DNA from: Candidatus Micrarchaeota archaeon
GTDB lineage: Archaea; Micrarchaeota; Micrarchaeia; Norongarragalinales; Norongarragalinaceae
Assembly: GCA_037444485.1 (NCBI GenBank)
Contig: JBBIMI010000025.1
Coordinates: forward strand, 1 to 11,217
Direction: 5' to 3'
Length of the DNA stretch: 11,217 nt
This document shows, one piece after another, positions 1 to 6,536 of this stretch. The position numbers were made by a program, and so were the translations under genes. Below the pieces are notes generated by a model. The model was not told the DNA's origin, did no database searches, and saw only the letters and a program-made list of their open reading frames with translations. Every line of letters starts with the position of its first letter. The first letter of the stretch is position 1.

Positions 1-590
1 TCTTGTTCTCTTCTCATCAATTCTTGAAGAATTTCTTTTTCAGCATAGTCTAATACTTTATAGTAAACTTCTTTTTCTACGAGTTTTTTATTATTTTCCA
101 AAAAATTGAGTAAATGTTCCACGTCTGTAGCAGCATACCATTTGCTAGGAGTTTCTTTATGGAGCCTCATAGCCGCATTCAACAGATAATGAATGGCATT
201 TTTTTGTTCTTCAACAGGTCTTCCACTAATAGCTTTTTCTAAAAAAATCTCATCTCTTAGTATAGCAAAGAATACTGCCCTGTCGGCGATGGATGGGCTG
301 AAATTATTTTTTCTCACGTATTCTATAGCAGCTCTTACCGCTTTTACTATACTAAATTCATAAGGCCCAATTTCATTTCCTTCTCTTTTAAAATCTTTTT
401 CGATAAAGTTATGAAGATTTTCCTCTTCAAAACCCCACTCTTTTTTAGGAAGAAATTCGTGTTCTTTTTGGAGCTCTCTAACCGCAATCCTGTAAGTTGA
501 TAAAACTTGTTGCGGTATAGGCGGCGGTTCGCGAGCTTTTCTAAGTGCATTAATCCGTGCTTGAAGCTCTTCAAGTATTTTTCCAGGCAT
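1..590 (-). CDS. Hypothetical protein, 3' end runs off the window (>=196 aa, MPGKILEELQARINALRKAREPPPIPQQ...)
   Basis: Manual translation: ATG at 590, open to position 1. GAGGTGA SD at 603-597. Absent from the ORF track because its stop is outside the window. No recognisable motif; GC about one third. Confidence 0.85.
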   Translation of the reverse strand, partial: MPGKILEELQARINALRKAREPPPIPQQVLSTYRIAVRELQKEHEFLPKKEWGFEEENLHNFIEKDFKREGNEIGPYEFSIVKAVRAAIEYVRKNNFSPSIADRAVFFAILRDEIFLEKAISGRPVEEQKNAIHYLLNAAMRLHKETPSKWYAATDVEHLLNFLENNKKLVEKEVYYKVLDYAEKEILQELMRREQ

Positions 591-645
591 TAAAAATCAC
601 CTCGCTCTCGAAAAAAATTGTTTGCGGTAATAAAGCAACAACTTC

Positions 646-660
646 TTTTAAAGTTTTTCT
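646..660 (-). promoter_or_regulatory. Putative BRE/TATA promoter of the 590 ORF (AGAAAAACTTTAAAA)
   Basis: Purine run followed by TTTAAAA about 55 nt upstream of an SD-led ATG. Confidence 0.4.
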
Positions 661-697
661 TTAATTTCTTTTTTTAGTTTCTTTAATTTCTTTTTTT
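656..697. repeat. 20-nt direct repeat TTTCTTTAATTTCTTTTTTT x2, period 22
   Basis: Identical copies at 656-675 and 678-697; low complexity. Confidence 0.7.
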
Positions 698-928
698 CCA
701 TTCTTTTTCCGCTTTTTTTTTCGCTTGACTTTAAGTTTTTTTTAACCCTCAGCATTTTATTGTTTTATAAAGTTTCACACAATTTCTTTTGCTCTTCTTC
801 ACTTTGTATGAAGAATGAGGTTCTAAACCAATTAAATAGTATTGGCAAGGGTATATTTTTTTCAATTTTTTCTTTGATTAATTTTTCTTGTTGTTTGTTT
901 TGCCGCCAGTTTTTACTGTTTCCTGCAG

Positions 929-1288
929 TTATCGTACTCTGCAGCCGTCTTCAATCTCGCGTCCAGCGTCAGGCGTTATTAAAACGATTCTATTCTCGTC
1001 GTCACTGCAAGCAGCGAGAAGCATTCCTTGCGACTCTATTCCCCGCAGTTTTTTTGGTTCGAGGTTCGCGACTACAACGATTTTTTTTCCCTCGAGTTCT
1101 TCAGGCGAATAGTGTTCAGCGATTCCGGCCGCGAGAACGCGTTCTTCGCCGCCGATTTTTATGAATAGTTTGAGGAGCTTGCTGGCGCCTTCAACGCGTT
1201 CCGCGCGGAGTATTGTTGCGACTCTCAAGTCCATTTTCTTGAAGTCTTCGAAAGAAATCGTGTTTTTTTCATCGCTTTTTTCAATCAT
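929..1288 (-). CDS. Stand-alone tRNA-binding OB-fold protein (MetRS C-terminal domain / Trbp111 / CsaA family), 119 aa
   Basis: Motifs ISFEDFKKMDLRVATI, KLLKL, AGIAEHYSPEELEGK, VANLEPKKLRGIESQGMLLAA. AGGTGA SD at 1301-1296 favours ATG 1288 over the track start 1327. Confidence 0.92.
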   Translation of the reverse strand: MIEKSDEKNTISFEDFKKMDLRVATILRAERVEGASKLLKLFIKIGGEERVLAAGIAEHYSPEELEGKKIVVVANLEPKKLRGIESQGMLLAACSDDENRIVLITPDAGREIEDGCRVR

Positions 1289-1308
1289 TGTTTTTTCACC
1301 TTTTTTTC

Positions 1309-1362
1309 TTGCAACGCTTTTTTGCAATGTTTATTGCAACGTTTAGTTTATTGCAACGTTTA
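1309..1362. repeat. Four copies of TTGCAACGTTTA-like unit
   Basis: Copies at 1309, 1322, 1334 and 1351; the last two are identical. The last copy contains the stop codon of the upstream microprotein. Confidence 0.85.
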
Positions 1363-1518
1363 ATCGGCTTTCAGGAAACCGTTTTCATCCTCGTGGAAAA
1401 CGTGGTTCGGGTTGCGGGAGCAATAGAATTTATTTAATTTGGGGTCGTAATTCAACTTGATCGTGTACTGTTCTTGCATGAAGCTCTTGGGGCACATTGC
1501 TTCGCTCTTCAAAACCAT
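1360..1518 (-). CDS. 52-aa microprotein, possible degenerate zinc ribbon (MVLKSEAMCPKSFMQEQYTIKLNYDPKLNKFYCSRNPNHVFHEDENGFLKAD)
   Basis: ATG 1518, TAA 1362-1360, AGGTGG SD at 1533-1528. Co-oriented with both neighbours; CPKS and CSRNPNH motifs. Below the ORF-track size cut-off. Confidence 0.8.
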   Translation of the reverse strand: MVLKSEAMCPKSFMQEQYTIKLNYDPKLNKFYCSRNPNHVFHEDENGFLKAD

Positions 1519-1616
1519 TTCCTAGAACCACCTTTTTTCAAGCTCTTGCGACTTAAACAAAAAATTTTTCGAAAATTTTTACGTGAATTTTTTGGTGTGT
1601 TTTTGTGTGGAGGAAC

Positions 1617-2561
1617 TTAAAATTTGTTTGCTTTCGCTTTCACAATCGCGCCGATTGTTTTGTAGACGAGTTTGGCCGCGAGAAAATTCGGCGCTTCGAG
1701 TGCCGGAATAGGCGTTAGTTCGCAGAAGTCTGCGCCGATTACTCGCTTTTTTTGCGCTACTGTAGTGATTAAGGTGGTGACTTGCTTCCAATTCAGTCCT
1801 CCTGGTTCGGGCGTGCCGACGCTTGGCATGAGTGCTGGGTCGAAAACGTCGAAGTCTACAGTCAAGTAAACGTTTTCTTGTTTTAGTGAAGCGATTACGT
1901 CCGCGTTTTTCTTTTCGTTGAAAGCATTCGCGTAAAAAATCTTGATTTCGTATTCTTCAGCGAATTTTTTTTCTTCGACTGAAATACTGCGCACGCCGAC
2001 GATTGTTTCGCGAATATTGCGTGCGGCAACCTGGCGCCCTAAGTCAGCAATTCGCGCGCCCACGCTCGCGTGCGAGTACTTCGAGCCATCCAACTCCGGC
2101 CAGCAGTCTGCGTGCGCGTCTAACGCGAGGACGGAAAACTTTTTTCCGCGTTCTGCAAAGGCTTGAATGCTTGCTATGGCGAGCGAGTGGTCGCCGCCCA
2201 ACACGACCGGAATTTTTTTAGCGTCAATCACGTCACCGACTGCTTGCCGCGTTCTGCGCAGCGTTTCCGCGATATCGCCGCGCGCCGGAGCGAGTTCTCG
2301 CGTGGTGTGAATTCCAACGCGGAATGCTTCCACGCCGAGTTCGTGGTCGAACAATTCGAGGAAACGCGATGCGTTGATTATCGCGTGAGGCGCTTCGCGT
2401 GCTCCGCTCTTGAAGCTCGTCGTCGAGTCGAACGGAACCGGCAGCACTACGAAACGCGCTTTCGCGTAGTTCGAGTATTCTTCTTCAAGTCCGGCAAAAT
2501 TGTATGGCGGAAGCGAGTGAAGCAATTCTATTTCTTTCTTTAATTCCGTCACTTCAACCAC
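1617..2561 (-). CDS. speB: Agmatinase (ureohydrolase family)
   Basis: PVPFDSTTSFKSGAREAP, GGDHS, DAHAD, SHAS, TVDFDVFDP and GTPEPGGL motifs; metal ligands intact. Exact substrate within the family is inferred. Confidence 0.92.
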   Translation of the reverse strand: MVEVTELKKEIELLHSLPPYNFAGLEEEYSNYAKARFVVLPVPFDSTTSFKSGAREAPHAIINASRFLELFDHELGVEAFRVGIHTTRELAPARGDIAETLRRTRQAVGDVIDAKKIPVVLGGDHSLAIASIQAFAERGKKFSVLALDAHADCWPELDGSKYSHASVGARIADLGRQVAARNIRETIVGVRSISVEEKKFAEEYEIKIFYANAFNEKKNADVIASLKQENVYLTVDFDVFDPALMPSVGTPEPGGLNWKQVTTLITTVAQKKRVIGADFCELTPIPALEAPNFLAAKLVYKTIGAIVKAKANKF

Positions 2562-2867
2562 GTTTCGGCCGCTTGTCGCTTATTTTCTCATTTTTTCTCG
2601 TACTTTTTTTCTCGTACTCTGGAAAACGCGTAACCTTGAAGGCGGGCAACGCGATTCCAAACACTATTGACGCAGTCGCGCTAGCGAAGACGCTAGCAAA
2701 AACTTCCATGCTTGATTGAGAGAATCTAGTAATGAAGAATTTAGTAATGAAGCACTTAAAACTAGGAAAGCAAGCGGCGTCAGCCAGCACGCGAGTACAA
2801 CGCATTCGTTAGCCGAATGCGTTCCATCCAACACTAATTCATCCCTCAACCTCGTTTCTTCACTCAC
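2554..2867 (-). pseudogene. Degenerate, frameshifted DUF202 (YidH-like) small membrane protein
   Basis: Frame 1 LRDELVLDGTHSANECVVLACWLTPLAFLVLSA resembles the DUF202 pattern LRD.LA.DRT.LANERT.LA..RT.LA with conserved Args lost. Hydrophobic sequence continues in another frame from about 2755 (KFF...ASIVFGIAL...TRF...KK). Its TGA (2556-2554) overlaps the speB 5' end. Confidence 0.7.
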
Positions 2868-2874
2868 GACAAAC

Positions 2875-2943
2875 CACTATCCCTGCACTATCCCCGACTA
2901 TCCCTGCACCATCTCTGCACTATCCTTGCGTTATCCTGCCACT
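2875..2943. repeat. Tandem array of about 6 x 11-nt CACTATCCCTG
   Basis: cactatccctg/cactatccccg/actatccctg/caccatctctg/cactatccttg/cgttatcctg starting at 2875, 2886, 2897, 2907, 2918, 2929. Confidence 0.9.
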
Positions 2944-2973
2944 TGAAAACCGTGAAAAAAAACAAGTTCACAA

Positions 2974-2984
2974 ATTATTTATAA
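2974..2984. promoter_or_regulatory. TATA box (TTTATAA), possibly bidirectional; fits a leaderless PGI/PMI transcript
   Basis: TTTATAA at 2978-2984 lies about 24 nt before ATG 3008, which has no SD; divergent gene arrangement. Confidence 0.5.
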
Positions 2985-3007
2985 CACCGCTTTTAATAAC
3001 TAGTTTC

Positions 3008-4036
3008 ATGACCGCAAACTCTTTTCTCGCAACACTCCGCGATTACCCGAACCAATTCACGCGCGGCATTCAACTCGCGCGGGCAAGCAGCGTGACGAGC
3101 AGCGTGACGCGAAGCGCGCGCTACGAAAAACTTGGTTTCGAGAACGTGGTCGCAGCGGGAATGGGCGGCAGCGCGCTCGCCTGCGACTTCGCAAACGCTT
3201 TCCTCGAGGGAAAACCCCGCATCGTCGTGCACCGCGATTACGGCCTGCCTGACAGCATTTCAAAAAAAACCTTGTTCTTCGCACTCTCGTACTCTGGAAA
3301 CACTGAAGAAACCCTTTCAGCAACTCGCGCCGCAATACTTCGCGGCGCCAAAATCGTTTGCGTCACGAGCGGAGGCGAACTCGAGCGAATCGCGTTACGC
3401 AAAAAACTCGCCCTCGTCAAACTCCCGCCAGGCATCCAGCCGCGGTGCGCGACCGGCTACTTTTTCTCCGCGATTCTCTCAATCCTCCACGACGCTGACT
3501 TTACGCGCGATTACTCGCGCGATTTAACCGCGTTAACGAAAAAACTCGAAAAAAGGCGCGCGGAAAGCGAAAAGCAGGGCGCAGAGCTAGCTGCGAAACT
3601 GCGTGACGCGATTCCCTTGGTTTACTCGAGCAGCGAGTGGTGGAGCGTGGCGCGAGCGTGGAAAATCAAGTTCAATGAAAACGCGAAGATTCCCTCGTTT
3701 TACGCCGTCCTGCCGGAGTTGAATCACAACGAAGTCGCCGGCTTTTCTGAAAACCGCGGCCGCCGCGCGCTCGCGAATTTTCACGCAGTATTCTTGCGTG
3801 ACGCTGCGAGCTACGCGCGAGTCCTCAAGCGTTTTCTCGTCACGCGCGAGTTGCTGCGTGAACTAGGCGTCGATTCGAGCGTAGTCGAGATGACTGGCGC
3901 GAATGCGTTGGAGAAAATGTTTTCGACCGTGTGGCTAGGCGACTTCGCGGCTTTCAACCTCGCGCTCGTGCGCGGCGTCGACCCCGAGCAAGTCGCGATC
4001 GTGGAAGATTTAAAGAAAAAGTTGAAGTCGCGTTGA
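3008..4036 (+). CDS. Bifunctional phosphoglucose/phosphomannose isomerase (SIS domain)
   Basis: GMGGSA, SYSGNTEET, PPGIQPR, WKIKFNENAK and PELNHNE motifs; 342 aa. Confidence 0.93.
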   Translation: MTANSFLATLRDYPNQFTRGIQLARASSVTSSVTRSARYEKLGFENVVAAGMGGSALACDFANAFLEGKPRIVVHRDYGLPDSISKKTLFFALSYSGNTEETLSATRAAILRGAKIVCVTSGGELERIALRKKLALVKLPPGIQPRCATGYFFSAILSILHDADFTRDYSRDLTALTKKLEKRRAESEKQGAELAAKLRDAIPLVYSSSEWWSVARAWKIKFNENAKIPSFYAVLPELNHNEVAGFSENRGRRALANFHAVFLRDAASYARVLKRFLVTRELLRELGVDSSVVEMTGANALEKMFSTVWLGDFAAFNLALVRGVDPEQVAIVEDLKKKLKSR

Positions 4037-4042
4037 TTGTTC

Positions 4043-4609
4043 ATGAAAATCATGCTGACCGGAGTCAAGCCGGTTAAACCCACGCACATCGCAGTTTTTT
4101 TAAGGCCGGACTTGCGCGCGCCATCGCGTTATTCGTTCCACGTTTTCGCTGTTTCGAAAGAAAACTTGCAGGATTTAAGTGAAGCTTTTCAAAACGCGAA
4201 TCCGCAATCTAGTTTGATTGCGTCAAAGAAAATACACGCGTCTTTATCGAAAGACGTTGAAGATTACGCGAAGAGCAGTCGCAGCACGCGTTGGACCAGC
4301 GTGGGACGCGTTAGGTACCTCGTTGAAAGCCAAGGCGGCGGCGTGAAAACAGCGGTGTCCGAATCTTACTTCCCAAAGCCTCCTGAAGAGAAAAAGATGA
4401 AGGGACTGGGTTACTACGTTGAAGCGTTGTGCGTCAACCACTTGAAGAAACTTGGAGTGACGCACGTTAAAACCTCGCGTTCTCCCTCGGAAAGCCGGAC
4501 GAAACAATTAAGGAAAGTCGGCCTGCCGGTCAACGAACTCGTGGAAATAAACGCGTGGCTGAAAGCGGTGGGAAAAGGAATAAAACTTCGACTGAAAAAA
4601 AAGGCTTGA
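4043..4609 (+). CDS. Basic hypothetical protein with possible divergent GNAT fold
   Basis: 188-aa ORF starting 6 nt after the PGI/PMI stop. KMKGLGYYVEALCVNHLKKLGVTHV resembles GNAT motif A and QLRKVGL resembles the YxKxGF segment. Start may be 4043 or 4052; fold call is tentative. Confidence 0.7.
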   Translation: MKIMLTGVKPVKPTHIAVFLRPDLRAPSRYSFHVFAVSKENLQDLSEAFQNANPQSSLIASKKIHASLSKDVEDYAKSSRSTRWTSVGRVRYLVESQGGGVKTAVSESYFPKPPEEKKMKGLGYYVEALCVNHLKKLGVTHVKTSRSPSESRTKQLRKVGLPVNELVEINAWLKAVGKGIKLRLKKKA

Positions 4610-5166
4610 AGCATCGCGTTTTCCGCGGGGGGCGCGTGGCGGACCGCTGGGGAAACAAATTCGTTTTAAACACGACCGGCTTTCTGGTCGTGCTCGTGCC
4701 CTTGTTTTGGATAGCGTCTACAAACTTGCTTTACATACTCGCCTTTCACACGATAGTCGGTTTGGCTTGGAGTGGGCAGCGCCTGGCGACTTTCAACCTC
4801 GTGATTGCGACTACGCCCAAGGAAAACCGCGTGCGTTACGTCGCTTACTACAACTTCTTTAATGGCTTGAGCTTGTTTGCAGGCGCGCTGTTGGGCGGTT
4901 TTCTGGCAACCGCTTTTGCAAGCGTGCAATTCTTTTGGCTCGGCGGGCTGCTGTTGTTGTTCCTGGTTTCCGGAATCGCGCGTTTCGCGGTTGCCGCCAC
5001 GCTGTTGCAGAAGGTGAAGGAAGTGGAAGCGCGTCCGAAGTCTTTCGGAAAGCATTTCCTGCTCAAGACGGTTACTATATACCCGCTGCGCGGCATAATG
5101 CATGAATTCGTTTCCTTCGAACGCGCGGTTTCCGACGGGTTGAGCAAGAGAAAAGGATTGTTTTAA
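4606..5166 (+). pseudogene. C-terminal third (about TM9-TM12) of an MFS transporter, N-terminus missing
   Basis: GRVADRWGNK motif-A-like loop, four hydrophobic helices and the TPKENRVRY loop. The first ~8 helices are not encoded upstream. In-frame TTG at 4606 overlaps the upstream TGA. Stop shares TTAA with the truD stop. Confidence 0.8.
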
Positions 5167-6470
5167 CGCTGTTCAAGCAATTCGCGTACCGCGACCGTCG
5201 CGTAACTGCCTGCAGATAACTCGAACCGAATCACTACAGGGTTTTCGCGCAGCACTTGAAAGTTTTTTAGTGGAACAACAAGTGCGCGTTTGCCGCCGCG
5301 GCTGGAAAGCCAAGGCATTGTTTTGAATTTGAAGTTGTCTAGAGTCAAGCCTTCCTTCCCCAACATTTTCTTCTCAACCGCAGTCAATTCGGAATCGCTG
5401 CCGATTATTTTGCCTACGAGGAAAGCGTTTCCGTTTGCGAGCGCTTGACTTACTTTTCGAGCTTGGTTTTTCTTGTTTTTCTCGACGGTTTTAATTTTAT
5501 TCAAGTTCGGAAAACCGAAAGCGTTTTTCTCGCAGTACTCGTCTCCGGCAACTGCAGTAAAAAGCTTCTTGTTTTTCACGCGTTCTTCAAGTATTCGGTT
5601 GAATAACGCGCTTTGGAAAGCGTGCACGAACATTAACTGCAAGTGGCGCGGCAAGCGTGAAAGCGCTCCGGCGAAGTCGCGTGGTTGCACGCTTAAGTGC
5701 TTCAACAACTCGCGTTCGTACTTCAAAAAACTCGGGTAGTACTCGAGGGCTTTCGCGAAGTCCGGTTTCTTTTTTTTTCGTTCCCTCGCCAGCCGTTCGC
5801 GCGCTTTAACCGCGTTCTTGTCGCCTTCGCGTTCGTCGGTGTACGTGAGGTAATTCCAGACGGCGCCCTCGAAATCGTTTTTCAGGAGCAGCGCGCCGAC
5901 CAAGTGCGAGTTTGCGCGCATTGAGCTGAAGCGTTGGGCGCCGAAGTAGTTTGGAATCAGGTAGTTGATCGCGTTAGCGCGGTCAACGATTTTTCGCGCG
6001 TCTGGTTCGTTGTTGCACCCACAGTTTTCTTTCGTGAGCGTAATCGTGAAACGGTTGCCGGCCAAGTCGCCGAGGCGGATTTTCGCGCGGGCTTTCCACG
6101 CGCCGAGGATGCGCGCGTCTTTCAAGCCGCGCGCTGCTGCGAGCAGGCGGGCTGGTTCGAGAGCGAACGCGCTGCACAATTGTGTTGTGAGAGCGTTTCG
6201 GTCTTTCGTGCCCGCGAATTCGAAGCGTTTGGGATTCACGCCGGCTCTGCGCGCGATTTCGTTGAGTAGTTGCATGGTGTTCCAATTCTTTTTTTCTAGG
6301 ATGAAGTGCGTAAAGTAATTTTTTTCGAGTTTCTCGTCTTCCGGCTTGCCTAGGTTTTGTTGGCGTCCTGCTTCGAGAATAATGCCGTCATTAGTAATTT
6401 CTTCGACTATAAATTCTTCAGGCGTGGTTGGCTTGAAGAATTCTCGTTTCACCTTCGTTTTGCGGCGCAT
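5163..6470 (-). CDS. truD: tRNA pseudouridine(13) synthase TruD
   Basis: PEEFIVEEI, FAGTKDRNALTTQ (catalytic Asp), GNRFTITL, PNYFGAQRF, AFQSALFN and FELSAGSYAT motifs; GAGGT SD at 6484-6480. Confidence 0.96.
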   Translation of the reverse strand: MRRKTKVKREFFKPTTPEEFIVEEITNDGIILEAGRQQNLGKPEDEKLEKNYFTHFILEKKNWNTMQLLNEIARRAGVNPKRFEFAGTKDRNALTTQLCSAFALEPARLLAAARGLKDARILGAWKARAKIRLGDLAGNRFTITLTKENCGCNNEPDARKIVDRANAINYLIPNYFGAQRFSSMRANSHLVGALLLKNDFEGAVWNYLTYTDEREGDKNAVKARERLARERKKKKPDFAKALEYYPSFLKYERELLKHLSVQPRDFAGALSRLPRHLQLMFVHAFQSALFNRILEERVKNKKLFTAVAGDEYCEKNAFGFPNLNKIKTVEKNKKNQARKVSQALANGNAFLVGKIIGSDSELTAVEKKMLGKEGLTLDNFKFKTMPWLSSRGGKRALVVPLKNFQVLRENPVVIRFELSAGSYATVAVRELLEQR

Positions 6471-6475
6471 CTTGC

Positions 6476-6536
6476 CTGTACCTCAAGCATCTTACTTATA
6501 CCTCAACTGTACCTCAAGCATCTTACTTATACCTCA
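6476..6536. repeat. Perfect 30-nt duplication (period 31) spanning the aRF1 stop and the truD SD
   Basis: CTGTACCTCAAGCATCTTACTTATACCTCA at 6476-6505 and 6507-6536. Confidence 0.95.

Noticed and set aside
347..574. Track ORF of 75 aa (-)
   Set aside because: Alternative frame within the SD-led ORF starting at 590.
767..929. Open minus-strand frame ...QEKLIKEKIEKNIPLPILFNWFRTSFFIQSEEEQKKLCETL
   Set aside because: No ATG or SD and no recognisable homology; at most a gene remnant.
929..1327. Truncated methionyl-tRNA synthetase, or start at 1327
   Set aside because: No catalytic domain upstream and the gene has its own SD before ATG 1288. Stand-alone domains of this type are known, and 1327 lies within the repeat.
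1560..1580. Imperfect palindrome AAAAATTTTTCGAAAATTTTT upstream of the microprotein
   Set aside because: Almost all A/T runs and imperfect; easily arises by chance.
2875..2943. CRISPR array (also considered for 1309-1362 and 6476-6536)
   Set aside because: Units are head-to-tail, 11-31 nt, with no unique spacers and no cas genes in the window.
4555..4605. GTG 4555 as start of the MFS ORF
   Set aside because: Overlaps the upstream gene by 55 nt and adds a non-MFS hydrophilic peptide.
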